A stretch of 64,000 nucleotides of DNA from Alphaproteobacteria bacterium (GTDB lineage: Bacteria; Pseudomonadota; Alphaproteobacteria; GCA-2746255): assembly GCA_021296325.1 (NCBI GenBank), contig JAGWAR010000004.1, positions 53,126-117,125 on the forward strand. Reading direction: 5' to 3'. A program made the position numbers and the translations under genes. Shown piece after piece: positions 39,672 to 50,844 of this stretch. Position 1 is the first letter of the stretch, and every line of letters starts with the position of its first letter. The notes under the pieces are model-generated. The model ran no database searches. It worked only from the letters and a program-made list of their open reading frames with translations, and was not told the DNA's origin.

Positions 39672-40958
39672 ATGGATCGCATTCGAATCCAGGGCGGCAA
39701 CCGGCTCGAAGGCCGGATTCCCATCGGCGGCGCCAAGAACGCGGCGCTGCCCCTGATGGCGGCCTCGCTGCTGACGGACGAGCAGCTCGCCCTTTCCAAC
39801 CTGCCGCACCTCGCCGACATCTCGACGCTCGCCAACCTGCTTTCCGGCCACGGGGTCGCCATCCACATGGTCGGCGAGGAGACGAACGAAGGCCATGTCG
39901 GCCGCGTGCTGGGGCTCCAGGCGAAGGAAATCACCTCGACGACGGCGCCCTACGAGCTCGTCCGCCGGATGCGCGCCTCCGTCCTCGTGCTGGGGGCGCT
40001 CTTGGCGCGCGCCGGCCAGGCCGAGGTTTCGCTGCCCGGCGGCTGCGCCATCGGCACGCGCCCGGTCGATCTGCACCTGAAGGGGCTGCAGCAGCTTGGC
40101 GCCGAGATCGAGCTTCGCGAAGGCTACATCCACGCCAGCGCGAAAAAGGGTCTCCATGGCGCGCGCTTCGTCTTTCCCTTCGTCTCGGTGGGGGCGACGG
40201 AGAACCTCCTGATGGCGGCGGTGCTGGCCAGGGGCGAAACGGAACTCGCCAACGCCGCCCGCGAGCCCGAGGTCGTCGATCTCGCCGCCTGCCTCGCCAC
40301 GATGGGGGCGAAGATCGAAGGGGCGGGCACGGACACGATCCGCGTCCAGGGCGTCGACCGCCTGCATGGCGGCACCCACGCCGTGATCCCGGACCGCATC
40401 GAAACCGGCACCTACGCCATGGCGGCGGCGATCACCGGCGGCGACATCGTTTTGGAAGGCGCCCGGCTGGGCCAGATCGGCGCCCTGGCCGAGATTCTCA
40501 CCGAGGCCGGCGTCACGTTGGAAGAGGTGCCCGGCGGGCTGCGCGTCCACCGGCGCAACGCCGACCTCACCGGTGTCAACGTGATGACGGAGCCCTTTCC
40601 CGGCTTTCCGACCGACATGCAGGCCCAGATGATGGCCCTCATGTCGACGGCGACGACCGCCTCGATGATCACCGAGACGATCTTCGAGAACCGCTTCATG
40701 CACGTGCCGGAGATGAACCGCATGGGCGCCGACATCGCCGTTCACGGCGCTTCCGCCATGGTGCGCGGCGTCACCGGCCTGGTCGGGGCCGAGGTGATGG
40801 CGACGGACCTTCGGGCCTCCGTCTCGCTGGTGCTGGCTGGCCTCGTCGCCGATGGCGAGACCGTCGTCCACCGGGTCTACCACCTGGACCGGGGCTACGA
40901 GCGCCTCGAGGAGAAGCTCGCCGCCTGCGGCGCCGAGATCGAGCGCCTCAAGCACTAA
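39672..40958 (+). CDS. murA: UDP-N-acetylglucosamine 1-carboxyvinyltransferase
   Basis: 428 aa from ATG 39672. [34 protein letters not shown]. Active-site region [16 protein letters not shown]. Confidence 0.95.
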   Translation: MDRIRIQGGNRLEGRIPIGGAKNAALPLMAASLLTDEQLALSNLPHLADISTLANLLSGHGVAIHMVGEETNEGHVGRVLGLQAKEITSTTAPYELVRRMRASVLVLGALLARAGQAEVSLPGGCAIGTRPVDLHLKGLQQLGAEIELREGYIHASAKKGLHGARFVFPFVSVGATENLLMAAVLARGETELANAAREPEVVDLAACLATMGAKIEGAGTDTIRVQGVDRLHGGTHAVIPDRIETGTYAMAAAITGGDIVLEGARLGQIGALAEILTEAGVTLEEVPGGLRVHRRNADLTGVNVMTEPFPGFPTDMQAQMMALMSTATTASMITETIFENRFMHVPEMNRMGADIAVHGASAMVRGVTGLVGAEVMATDLRASVSLVLAGLVADGETVVHRVYHLDRGYERLEEKLAACGAEIERLKH

Positions 40959-41046
40959 AACCGGGGTTTTCACGGCCGCCGCCGGGGTCGTAGGCCCCGG
41001 ACGGGCCCTTGTGCTATAGCTGCGCCTTGGAAAAGGAGCGAACACC

Positions 41047-41698
41047 TTGGCGAAAGAGAAGAAAATCGTCCTGGCCTTGCCGAAGGGCCGCATCCGCGAG
41101 GAGGCGGTGCCTCTGCTCGCGCGCCTAGGCGTGGAGCCGGAGGCCGCCTTCCGGGACCCGGATACCCGCCAGCTCCGCTTCACGACCTCCGACCCCGTCC
41201 TCGACCTCATCCAGGTCCGTTCCTTCGACACCGCCACCTTCGTCGCCTTCGGCGCCGCCCAGATCGGCATCGTCGGCAACGACGTGCTGATGGAATTCGA
41301 CTATTCCGAGATTTATTCGCCGCTCGATCTCGGCATCGGGCACTGCCGGCTCGTCGTCGCCGAACCGGAGGCGCTGGGCACGCAGGACAACCCCGCCCGC
41401 TGGTCGAACGTGCGAGTCGCCACGAAATATCCATCCCTTACCCGCCGCCACTTCGCCGCCCGCGGCGTGCAGGCGGAATGCATCAAGCTCAACGGCGCGA
41501 TGGAACTGGCGCCTTCGATGGGACTGTGCGAACGCATCGTCGATCTCGTTGCGACGGGAAGAACGCTTCGCGAAAACGGCCTCGTCGAGGTCGAGAAGAT
41601 CGCCGACATCACCTCGCGCCTCGCCGTGAACCGGACGGCGCTCAAGACGCGCAGCCGCGAGATCACGGCGTGGATGGACCGGTTCCGGGAGACGGTCG

Positions 41699-41715
<17 letters not shown>
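41047..41715 (+). CDS. hisG: ATP phosphoribosyltransferase, short form
   Basis: 222 aa, TTG start. [16 protein letters not shown]...[13 protein letters not shown]...[14 protein letters not shown]. Confidence 0.9.
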
Positions 41716-42999
<1,284 letters not shown>

Positions 43000-43003
<4 letters not shown>

Positions 43004-43494
43004 GGGGCAGGCCCGTGTCCGCCGATACGCAACACATCGCTGACGTTACGCTCGACGAGCGCTCCATCGTCCGCTGGTCGCCGGAGATCGAGCACGAGCG
43101 CAACGTCGCCATCTTCGACCTCCTCGAGACGAACCATTTCGCGCCCGTCGGCCTGCCCGCCGGGCCCTACAACCTTTACATCTCGATCGTAGATGGCAGG
43201 TTGCGCTTCGACGTTCGCTCGACGGAAGGGGATGACCTTAGCTGCATCACCCTTTCGCTGTCGCCTTTCCGCAAGCTCATCCGCGACTACTTCACCGTCT
43301 GCGACAGCTACTACGCCGCGATCAAGAAGTCGGCCAGCGCCACCCAGATCGAATCGATCGACATGGGCCGGCGCGGGCTTCACGACGAAGGGGCCGAATT
43401 GCTGCGCGAACGCCTGGCCAACCAGGTCACCATCGACGAAAACACGGCGCGGCGCCTGTTCACGCTGATCTGCGTCCTGCACCTTCGCAACTAG
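43000..43494 (+). CDS. UPF0262-family protein
   Basis: 164 aa. GTG start overlaps the hisD stop; a later GTG at 43015 is possible. In the conserved alphaproteobacterial position after hisD. ERNVAIFDLLE...YNLYISIVDGRL. Confidence 0.75.
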
Positions 43495-43938
43495 ATGGGC
43501 GACCTTCCCGGCAGTGTGCTGTTTGCCTGTACGAACAACGCCATCCGTTCGCCGATGGCGGAAGGAATCTTGAAGCATCTCTTGGGAAGTCGCGTCTACG
43601 TCGATTCGGTCGGCGTGCGGGCCGGCGAGATCGATGCCTTCGCGGTCGCCGTGATGGACGAGATCGGCATCGACATCAGCCGCCACCGCTCGAAAAGCTT
43701 CGCCGACCTCGAGGACACGTCCTACGATCTTATCGTCTCGCTTTCGCCGGAGGCCCAGCACAAGGCGGTCGAGATGACCCGCACGATGGCGGCCGACGTC
43801 GAATTCTGGAAGACGCTGGACCCTTCCTTCGTGCACGGCAACCGGGAGACGCGGCTCAAGGTCTACCGCGAGGTGCGGGACGAACTGCTGGCGCGCATCA
43901 AGCTGCGCTTCGACGCGATGGTGGGGCCGGCGGTATGA
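43495..43938 (+). CDS. Low-molecular-weight phosphatase / ArsC-like family protein
   Basis: 147 aa. CX5R(S) P-loop: FACTNNAIRSPMAE. Confidence 0.8.
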   Translation: MGDLPGSVLFACTNNAIRSPMAEGILKHLLGSRVYVDSVGVRAGEIDAFAVAVMDEIGIDISRHRSKSFADLEDTSYDLIVSLSPEAQHKAVEMTRTMAADVEFWKTLDPSFVHGNRETRLKVYREVRDELLARIKLRFDAMVGPAV

Positions 43939-44026
43939 GGCTGGCGGAAAATCCAAGAAATTCCTTGACTTGTGAACGCTTGCGGCAGATTCATCGGGGG
44001 CCCCGGACGGATCGGTAAGGAGCGGT

Positions 44027-44245
44027 ATGGCGAAAGAGGAACCCCTCGAATTCACCGGCACGGTGATGGAATTGTTGCCCAACGCGATGTTTCGCGTGAA
44101 GCTGGAGAACGGCCACGAAGTGCTGGCCCACACGGCCGGCAAGATGCGCAAGCACCGCATCCGCGTGCTGGCCGGCGACAAGGTCACCGTCGAGATGACG
44201 CCATACGATCTCACGAAAGGGCGAATCACCTTCCGTTTCAAATAG
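44027..44245 (+). CDS. infA: Translation initiation factor IF-1
   Basis: 72 aa, [72 protein letters not shown]. Confidence 0.97.
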   Translation: MAKEEPLEFTGTVMELLPNAMFRVKLENGHEVLAHTAGKMRKHRIRVLAGDKVTVEMTPYDLTKGRITFRFK

Positions 44246-44254
44246 CCTGCCCGC

Positions 44255-44839
44255 ATGCCGGCCTTGCCCCCGCTCGTGCTTGCCTCCGCCTCGCCAAGGC
44301 GGCTTGAGCTGCTGAAGGCGGCGCAACTTCCCCCCGACCGGGTCGACCCGGCCGAAATCGACGAAACCCCCCTCCCGCGTGAAACGCCACCCGCCCTTGC
44401 CAGACGCCTGGCGGAAGCGAAGGCGCGCGCCGTCGCCGCGCGCAACGCGGACGCCTTCGTACTGGCGGCGGATACCGTCGTGGCGCTGGGCCGGCGCGCG
44501 CTGCCGAAGGCCGAAAGCCGGGAACAGGCGGAGACCTGCCTGCGGCTGCTTTCCGGGCGCAACCACCGGGTTTACGGCGGCATCTGCGCGGTGGCGCCCG
44601 ATGGGCGCCTTGGCTCCCGCCTGGTCGTGACGCGGGTCGCCTTCAAACGGTTGAGCGACCCGGAGGTCGCGGCCTATCTTGAAAGCCAGGAATGGGAGGG
44701 CAAGGCCGGCGGCTACGCCATCCAGGGCATGGCCGGGCGTTTCGCGCGCTCCCTGCAGGGTTCCTATACGAACGTCGTCGGCCTTTCCGTCCATGAGGCC
44801 GCGGCGCTGCTCGAGGGCTTGGGTTATGGCAACGGCTAA
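44255..44839 (+). CDS. maf: Maf-like nucleoside triphosphate pyrophosphatase
   Basis: 194 aa. LVLASASPRRLELL...ADTVV...GKAGGYAIQG. Confidence 0.88.
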   Translation: MPALPPLVLASASPRRLELLKAAQLPPDRVDPAEIDETPLPRETPPALARRLAEAKARAVAARNADAFVLAADTVVALGRRALPKAESREQAETCLRLLSGRNHRVYGGICAVAPDGRLGSRLVVTRVAFKRLSDPEVAAYLESQEWEGKAGGYAIQGMAGRFARSLQGSYTNVVGLSVHEAAALLEGLGYGNG

Positions 44840-45020
44840 GACGAAGGCGGCCTGCCCGGTCTGCGGCAAGCCGGTTACGAAGGCGGCCCGTCCCTTCTGC
44901 TCGAAGGCCTGCGCCGACAGGGATCTCGGCAAATGGCTCGGCGGGGAATACCGGATTCCGACCGAGGAACAGCCCGAAGTGATCGAGGGCCCGGAACGGG
45001 AGGAAGAGGAAAGGGATTAA
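44826..45020 (+). CDS. yacG: DNA gyrase inhibitor YacG (zinc finger)
   Basis: 64 aa from ATG 44826. CPVCGKPV...RPFCSKACADRDLGKWL. Confidence 0.85.
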   Translation: MATAKTKAACPVCGKPVTKAARPFCSKACADRDLGKWLGGEYRIPTEEQPEVIEGPEREEEERD

Positions 45021-45078
45021 GGCGGCGGCTGGACAGGCCCCGCCTTTTTCCCTATGAAGGCCGCCGGAAACCAAGCAT

Positions 45079-45154
<76 letters not shown>

Positions 45155-45403
45155 CTTCTTCTACTTCTTCTTCTGCTTCCTCGAATCATCGCTTTTCCGG
45201 CCCGTTCCGCGGCCCTTCCTGGCCCCGATATCTCCGGGTATGCAGGGCCATGCCCGGCCGCAAAGGGGCCGTAGCGCCCGTTCACCGGCCTTTCGGGTCA
45301 TTTTACGGATTCTTAAAGCAAGCCGCAGAGACTGGACCGGCACCTCGCCTCAAAAGGAACCGCGTCCAGGGCCTCTCTACGTCCATGGCGGCGCGGATAG
45401 TCC

Positions 45404-47779
45404 ATGGCCGTTTTGTCGATCGCTCCTGCCACTTTATTGCGCTTTGGGAATCTATCGTTCTCGATCCGTGGAAAATTCGTCGCCCTGGCCGTCGGCATCG
45501 CGCTGTTTGCCTCGCTCGCCATCGGCGGCGTTGGCTACATGCGCGTCGTCGATATTTCCCTGGACCGGGAGGTCGCCACCCTGGAAGGCCAGGCCCGCCT
45601 GGTCGTTCCGCAGATCAAGGCCGCTTACGACCTGCTTCGAAGCGATGCGCTGATCGTATCGCAAACGCCGCCATTCAAGGGACTGGCCCGTTCGATGCCG
45701 AACGGCGATGTCGATCCGAGGGACGGCTCCACGACCGAAGACTGGCGCCGGCGTCTCGCGACGATTTTCACGTCCGTCATGGCCTACCATCCCGAATTCG
45801 TTCAGATGCGCTACATCGGGATCGCCGATGGCGGAAGAGAACTGGTTCGTGTCGATCGGCGGGGGGAACAAACCTATGTGACTCCCCTCCAGGGACTGCA
45901 ACGGAAGGGCGAGGAGTCCTATTTCACCGAAGGGGTCCGGCTAAACGTAAACGAAGTCTATTTTTCTCCGATTACGCTCAATCGCGATTACGGCCGGATC
46001 GACCACAACCTTCCTGTCGTCCGGATCGTCGTGCCCGCCTTCGCACCCAATGGCCAGCTCTTCGGCTTGCTCGTGATCAACGCGCATTATGAAAAGTTTC
46101 TGAGGGGAATCCTTAACGAAATTCATCCCGACGGCGACACCTACCTGCTGAACGATACCGGCGACTACATCTCGAAATCCAGTGACGGGAAGGTGTCCGC
46201 CCTGCAATTTCGGGGCTTGGCGGAAGGGGCCTCCCCGCCCGCCACGATCCGGACGCTGCACACGGCGACGACTTTCGACACGACGGTGTTCCACAAGCTT
46301 GACAACGAAAAAGTTGCCATCCACGTGACGAAGATTGCGCTCACCGGCAGCGGCGGCGCCAGGTTTCTCAAGATTGCCCTGGTTGTTCCGGAGGTAAAGC
46401 TGCTTGCTGAGGCTTGGGATACGCGCCAGTCGTTTGCGATGGCTGGCGCGTTGCTCGTGGTCTTCGCCTTGCTGTTGGCCCTGGTCTCTGCCCGGGCGAT
46501 TTCGCAACCGCTTCGCCAGATCGTTGATGAAATTCGCGCATTCGGTGGCGGGCGAACGACCCTGAATCTTCCCTCAAACCGTGCCGACGAAATCGGCGAG
46601 CTTTCGGTCGCGTTCGAAAACATGATCCAGCGGCTTGAAGTCTCCAACAAGGCCAAACGCGAAGCTTTCGAACGGTTGGAGGCGATGCGGGACGAGGCCG
46701 TGGACGCGCTGATCACGACCGACATAAACGGCACCGTGCTCCAGTTCAACAAAAGCGCGGAGAAGCTTTTCGGCCATGCCACGGCCGATATCCTCGAAAA
46801 AAACGTTTCCGTGCTCATTCCGGAATCCCATGGCCGGCAACATAACGGCTATCTGGCGAAATATCGCGAAACGGGAGAACGCGACGTCAGGGACGAGGTC
46901 AGGATTGTCGATGGGTTGCGCAGGGACGGCTCGACCTTTCCCGCCGAACTGCGCGTCAGCGACATCCGCGTCGGCAGTGAGCGATTTTTCAATGGCATTG
47001 TCAGGGACATCAGCGCCCGGATCGAAATGGAGAAGAAGATCGACGGATATGTGGGCGAGCTTGAGCGCAGCAACCGCGACCTCGACGATTTTGCCTACAT
47101 TGCCTCCCATGACCTGAAGGAACCGTTGCGGGGCATTTCCAATCACGTCCGGTTTCTGCAGGAGGACTACGAGGATTTGCTCGGGGAAGGCGGAAAGAAG
47201 CGGGCCGACCGGATACGCCAGCTTTGCCAAAAAGCCGACAAGCTTACGACCGACCTGCTCGAATGGTCGCGCCTGGGGCGTACCGCCTACCAGTTTGAGG
47301 AGATCGACACGAAGGAGATCGTCCAGACCATTATCGAATCCCTGTCCGAGTTCCTGCAGGAAAAGAAGGCTACGGTCCAGATCGTCGAGCCGCTGCCGAC
47401 GGTGAAAGGGGACCGGGCGCGCCTTTCAAGCGTGTTCCAGAACCTGATCGTCAATGGCGTCAAATACAACGACAGCGCGGACAAGCGAATCGAGATCGGT
47501 TTTCTTACCGGCCAGCCGGCTCCCGATGGCGGTCAGGCGGATGTTTTCTACGTGCGCGACAACGGCATCGGCATCGCCGCCGAGTTTCATGACACCGTCT
47601 TTACGATCTTCAAACGGTTGAACAGCGAAAAGACCTTTGGCGCCGGTACCGGTGCCGGGTTGAGCTTCGTCAAGAAGATCGTCGAACGGCATGGCGGGCG
47701 GATATGGATCGTTTCGAAACCAGGCGAAGGGACCACGTTTTATTTCAGTCTTAAAGGAAGCGAAAATGCACATAGCTAA
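45404..47779 (+). CDS. Sensor histidine kinase (TM, Cache-like periplasmic domain, HAMP, PAS, HisKA, HATPase)
   Basis: 791 aa. TM FVALAVGIALFASLAIGGVGY and AGALLVVFALLLALVSA. H-box IASHDLKEPLRGI. DNGIGI, GTGAGLSF. Confidence 0.88.
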   Translation: MAVLSIAPATLLRFGNLSFSIRGKFVALAVGIALFASLAIGGVGYMRVVDISLDREVATLEGQARLVVPQIKAAYDLLRSDALIVSQTPPFKGLARSMPNGDVDPRDGSTTEDWRRRLATIFTSVMAYHPEFVQMRYIGIADGGRELVRVDRRGEQTYVTPLQGLQRKGEESYFTEGVRLNVNEVYFSPITLNRDYGRIDHNLPVVRIVVPAFAPNGQLFGLLVINAHYEKFLRGILNEIHPDGDTYLLNDTGDYISKSSDGKVSALQFRGLAEGASPPATIRTLHTATTFDTTVFHKLDNEKVAIHVTKIALTGSGGARFLKIALVVPEVKLLAEAWDTRQSFAMAGALLVVFALLLALVSARAISQPLRQIVDEIRAFGGGRTTLNLPSNRADEIGELSVAFENMIQRLEVSNKAKREAFERLEAMRDEAVDALITTDINGTVLQFNKSAEKLFGHATADILEKNVSVLIPESHGRQHNGYLAKYRETGERDVRDEVRIVDGLRRDGSTFPAELRVSDIRVGSERFFNGIVRDISARIEMEKKIDGYVGELERSNRDLDDFAYIASHDLKEPLRGISNHVRFLQEDYEDLLGEGGKKRADRIRQLCQKADKLTTDLLEWSRLGRTAYQFEEIDTKEIVQTIIESLSEFLQEKKATVQIVEPLPTVKGDRARLSSVFQNLIVNGVKYNDSADKRIEIGFLTGQPAPDGGQADVFYVRDNGIGIAAEFHDTVFTIFKRLNSEKTFGAGTGAGLSFVKKIVERHGGRIWIVSKPGEGTTFYFSLKGSENAHS

Positions 47780-48221
47780 TCTGCACCCAATCATGATCGT
47801 CGAGGATAGTGACGACGATTATGAAGCGACCGAGCGGGCACTGAAAAAAGACGGCCGTCTTGCCAATCCGGTGATCCGGTTTGAAAACGGCGAGGATGCG
47901 GTTCGCTACCTTCTCAATGAGGGGCCTTATGCCGACAGCAGGCAATTTCTCCAGCCCATCATCATTCTGCTGGATCTGAATCTTCCCGGCGGCGGCGGGC
48001 TCCATGCGCTCTCGCGAATCAAGGCCGTGCCCAAGCTGTCCACGATCCCGATCGTCGTGCTGACCTCCTCCGGCGACCGGCGCGACGTCGAGAAATGCTA
48101 CGAAGCTGGTGCCAACACCTACGTACAGAAGCCGGTCGAACTGGATAGCCTGTTCACGGCCGTCCAGCAGCTGAAGGATTACTGGCTTGGTCTGGCGCTT
48201 CTGCCCGGGGAAAATGCGTGA
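47766..48221 (+). CDS. Single-domain response regulator (Rcp1/CheY-like)
   Basis: 151 aa. Overlaps the kinase end by 14 nt. IMIVEDSDDD, ILLDLNLPGGGG, VVLTSS, YVQKP. Confidence 0.88.
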   Translation: MHIANLHPIMIVEDSDDDYEATERALKKDGRLANPVIRFENGEDAVRYLLNEGPYADSRQFLQPIIILLDLNLPGGGGLHALSRIKAVPKLSTIPIVVLTSSGDRRDVEKCYEAGANTYVQKPVELDSLFTAVQQLKDYWLGLALLPGENA

Positions 48222-49138
48222 CCGAATCGCCGACGGTACTGCTGATCGACGACAACCCGGACGACCGCGAGGTCGTTTCGCGGTTGCTGCGTGACTCGTT
48301 CACGCCTGCCGCGACGATCATCGAGGCGGAAGACGGCAAAAGCTGACTGGTAAAATTACGGGCCGGGAACGTTGATTGCGTCATCCTCGATTTTTCGATT
48401 CCCGGAGAGGACGGCGTCACGGTCATGCGGGAAATCGCGCTTCGCTATCCGGACATCGCGATGCTCATGATCACGGGCGAGGGAAATGAAAAAATCGCCG
48501 CCGAAGCCTTCCGCAACGGCGCGCAGGACTACGTCGTAAAATCCAGCCTGACCGGAGACACGCTTGCCGCCGCGATCAACAACGGGCTTAGCCGGAAGGC
48601 GGAAGAAGTGGAAATTCTGCGGCGGGCCAACCACGATGAACTGACAGGGCTGGGCAACCGGCGGCTGTTCAACGACCGTCTCGATCACATCCTCGATCAC
48701 ACCGACAGCCTGACGGCCTGTGCGGTCATCTTTTTCGACCTGAACGGGTTCAAACTGGTCAACGATACCCATGGCCATGGCGTGGGCGATGCGTTGTTGA
48801 AGGAAGTAGCCGAACGGGCGAAGAAGATATTGCGTCCGGGCGATACGCTGGCGCGGCTCGGCGGCGACGAATTCGTCATCTTGCTGGAAAACCTGCCGGG
48901 AGACGGTGCTAAAATGGCGCAAAGCATTGCCTCGCGCCTGACCGGCGAGATCCGCGACCGGGCCTACCACATCAAGGGCAGCGACATCACCATTGGTGCA
49001 AGCGTTGGTCTGGCCCTTTATCCCCGGATGGCCGATAACCGTCATGACCTCTTGCGCATTGCCGATCAGGCCATGTACGCGATGAAGCGAAAAGATGCGC
49101 AGGCGCGGGAAAAAAACAAGCGTGCCGCGAATGGGTGA
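48218..49138 (+). pseudogene. REC-GGDEF diguanylate cyclase gene interrupted by one in-frame TGA (48344-48346)
   Basis: GTG 48218 (GTGA overlap with the upstream stop) gives VTESPTVLLIDDNPDDREVVSRLL...EAEDGKS-stop-LVKLRAGNVDCVILDFSIPGEDG, in frame with track ORF 48425..49138. That ORF carries an intact GGDEF (RLGGDEFVILL) and no frameshift. The stop splits the receiver domain between the acidic pocket and the phospho-Asp. Confidence 0.65.
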
Positions 49139-49165
49139 AGCCTGGGATGAGCCCGGTCTTCCGCT

Positions 49166-49519
49166 TCAACCCTTCCCTTCCAGATACTCCGCCAGTGCCA
49201 CCGCTTGGTTGTGGTCGGCATCGCGCGCCGAATAAAGCAGCGTCACCCGCCGCTTCGCGGCAAGGTTTCGGATCTCGGCGACCCGCTCCGGTTGCTGGTC
49301 GAGCTCGGCGGCGTAGCGCCGCCTGAACCCGTCCCAGCGTTTCGGATCGTGGCCGAACCACTGGCGCAGCTTCGTGCTGGGTGCGATCTCTTTCATCCAG
49401 TCGTCGAGTGCCGCCTTGTCCTTCGAGATGCCGCGCGGCCACAGCCGGTCGACGAGCAGCCGATGCCCGTCCGTCTTTGCCGCGGGCTCATGGATGCGTT
49501 TGACGCGGATCTTCGGCAT
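49166..49519 (-). CDS. DUF488-family protein
   Basis: 117 aa from ATG 49519. MPKIRVKRIHEPAAKTDGHRLLVDRLWPRGISK...WMKEIAPSTKLRQWFGHD. Confidence 0.75.
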   Translation of the reverse strand: MPKIRVKRIHEPAAKTDGHRLLVDRLWPRGISKDKAALDDWMKEIAPSTKLRQWFGHDPKRWDGFRRRYAAELDQQPERVAEIRNLAAKRRVTLLYSARDADHNQAVALAEYLEGKG

Positions 49520-49547
49520 GGCGCCTTCAATCGGGCGGCTCGCGCCA

Positions 49548-50012
49548 TCAACAATGGGCGATGCCCTGCTTCTCGAAATATTGCTGGTGGTAGTCCTCGG
49601 CCATCCAGAAAGTCGGGGCGGACACGATCTCGGTGACGATCGGCCGGTCATACCGGCCATCGGCCTCGAGTTTCGCTTTCGAGGCCTTCGCCGCCGCTTC
49701 CTGCTCGGGCGAGGTGCAGAAAATCGCCGAACGGTATTGGCTTCCCCGGTCCGGCCCCTGGCGGTTGAGGCTGGTCGGGTCGTGCATCTTCCAAAACAGG
49801 TCGAGGAGCGCTTCGTAGGAAATCTTCGCCGGGTCGAAGGTCACTTCGACCGCCTCGGCGTGGCCGGTCTGGCCCGAGCACACCTCGCGGTAGGTCGGGC
49901 GCGCCGTCGTGCCGCCGGCGTAGCCCACCGCCGTTGCCGTCACGCCCTCAACTTTTCGGAACGTAGCCTCGATGCCCCAGAAGCAGCCCGCCGCAAAGAT
50001 CGCCTTCGCCAT
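49548..50012 (-). CDS. msrA: Peptide-methionine (S)-S-oxide reductase
   Basis: 154 aa from ATG 50012. Active site [32 protein letters not shown]. Confidence 0.92.
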   Translation of the reverse strand: MAKAIFAAGCFWGIEATFRKVEGVTATAVGYAGGTTARPTYREVCSGQTGHAEAVEVTFDPAKISYEALLDLFWKMHDPTSLNRQGPDRGSQYRSAIFCTSPEQEAAAKASKAKLEADGRYDRPIVTEIVSAPTFWMAEDYHQQYFEKQGIAHC

Positions 50013-50034
50013 CCGCTTTCCTTTTTCTTCTTGC

Positions 50035-50670
50035 TTACGCGCCCCGGCCATAGACTCGGAGGAAGCAACCGACCGCTTCGCGCACGGCGGCCTGCTTCTC
50101 CGCCGTGTCCGGTTCCTCGCCGATGCCGAGAACCAGGCGCAGATGCAGGCTCGATTTCGCGAGATCCAGGAACTGCATGGCGGCGCGCTCCGGCTCGGCC
50201 ACGGCAAGGCTGCCCTTGCGGTCCTGTTCCTTGAGATAGGTGGCGATCGAGTCGACCAGCCGTTTCGGTCCCGTCGCGTAGAACGTCGCGCCGAGTTCCG
50301 GGAAACGCGCGCTTTCGCCCACGACGATGCGGAAAAGGGCGATCCCGTTCGGCGACGTCACCAGGTTCAGGAATTTCTCCCCGACCGTCTGGAGAACCTG
50401 TTCGGGCGGGCCGTCCGGGGTTTCGGCGGGCAGGGCGCGGTCACCGAGCAAGTCGCACATCGCCGTCATGACGCCGGCGAACAGCGATTCCTTGCTCGCG
50501 AAATAGCTGTAGACGGTACGCTTCGAGACGTTGGCGTCGCGCGCGATCGCGTCCATCGTCACGGCGCCGTAGCCATATTCCAGGAACAACCGGCAGCCGG
50601 CCCGCAAGATCGCTTCCCGCTTGGGGCTGGGGGCGTCGTCGGGGTCGGGAGAGGGCAGGGGTGCCGCCAT
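50035..50670 (-). CDS. TetR/AcrR-family transcriptional regulator
   Basis: Preferred start is ATG 50670 (RBS GGAGGAA 5 nt upstream); the track ORF extends to TTG 50703. [23 protein letters not shown]. Confidence 0.85.
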   Translation of the reverse strand: MAAPLPSPDPDDAPSPKREAILRAGCRLFLEYGYGAVTMDAIARDANVSKRTVYSYFASKESLFAGVMTAMCDLLGDRALPAETPDGPPEQVLQTVGEKFLNLVTSPNGIALFRIVVGESARFPELGATFYATGPKRLVDSIATYLKEQDRKGSLAVAEPERAAMQFLDLAKSSLHLRLVLGIGEEPDTAEKQAAVREAVGCFLRVYGRGA

Positions 50671-50704
50671 GGGTTCCTCCAGAAGGGCCGGAAAACCGGT
50701 CAAG

Positions 50705-50769
50705 ACTACACCGTCTAGTTTACCCTTGACAGGGGAGTCGACCAGACTAAACTACACCGTCTAGTTTAC
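50705..50769. promoter_or_regulatory. Duplicated 19-nt operator-like element bracketing a sigma70-like promoter for the RND operon
   Basis: ACTACACCGTCTAGTTTAC occurs identically at 50705-50723 and 50751-50769. The second copy extends to the palindrome TAAACTA-N7-TAGTTTA. TTGACA (50726-31), 16 nt, TAAACT (50748-53) lie between and over the repeats. Confidence 0.55.
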
Positions 50770-50844
50770 ACCGAATCGATGGGCCCTGTCCAGGGCCTGC
50801 CGGTCCGCCGACGCGGTAACGAAATCCGACCCAACGGGGGCATC

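Noticed and set aside
40959-41046. Palindromic AAAACC-GG-GGTTTT and CCGGGG-N6-CCCCGG after murA as a terminator
   Set aside because: The first palindrome has no loop. The second lacks a following T-run. Support is too weak to annotate.
45155-45190. CTT-rich tract (cttcttctacttcttcttctgcttcc) immediately after tRNA-Phe as a possible att site or microsatellite
   Set aside because: It is an imperfect low-complexity run, not a repeat of the tRNA 3-prime end. I saw no matching copy further downstream by eye.
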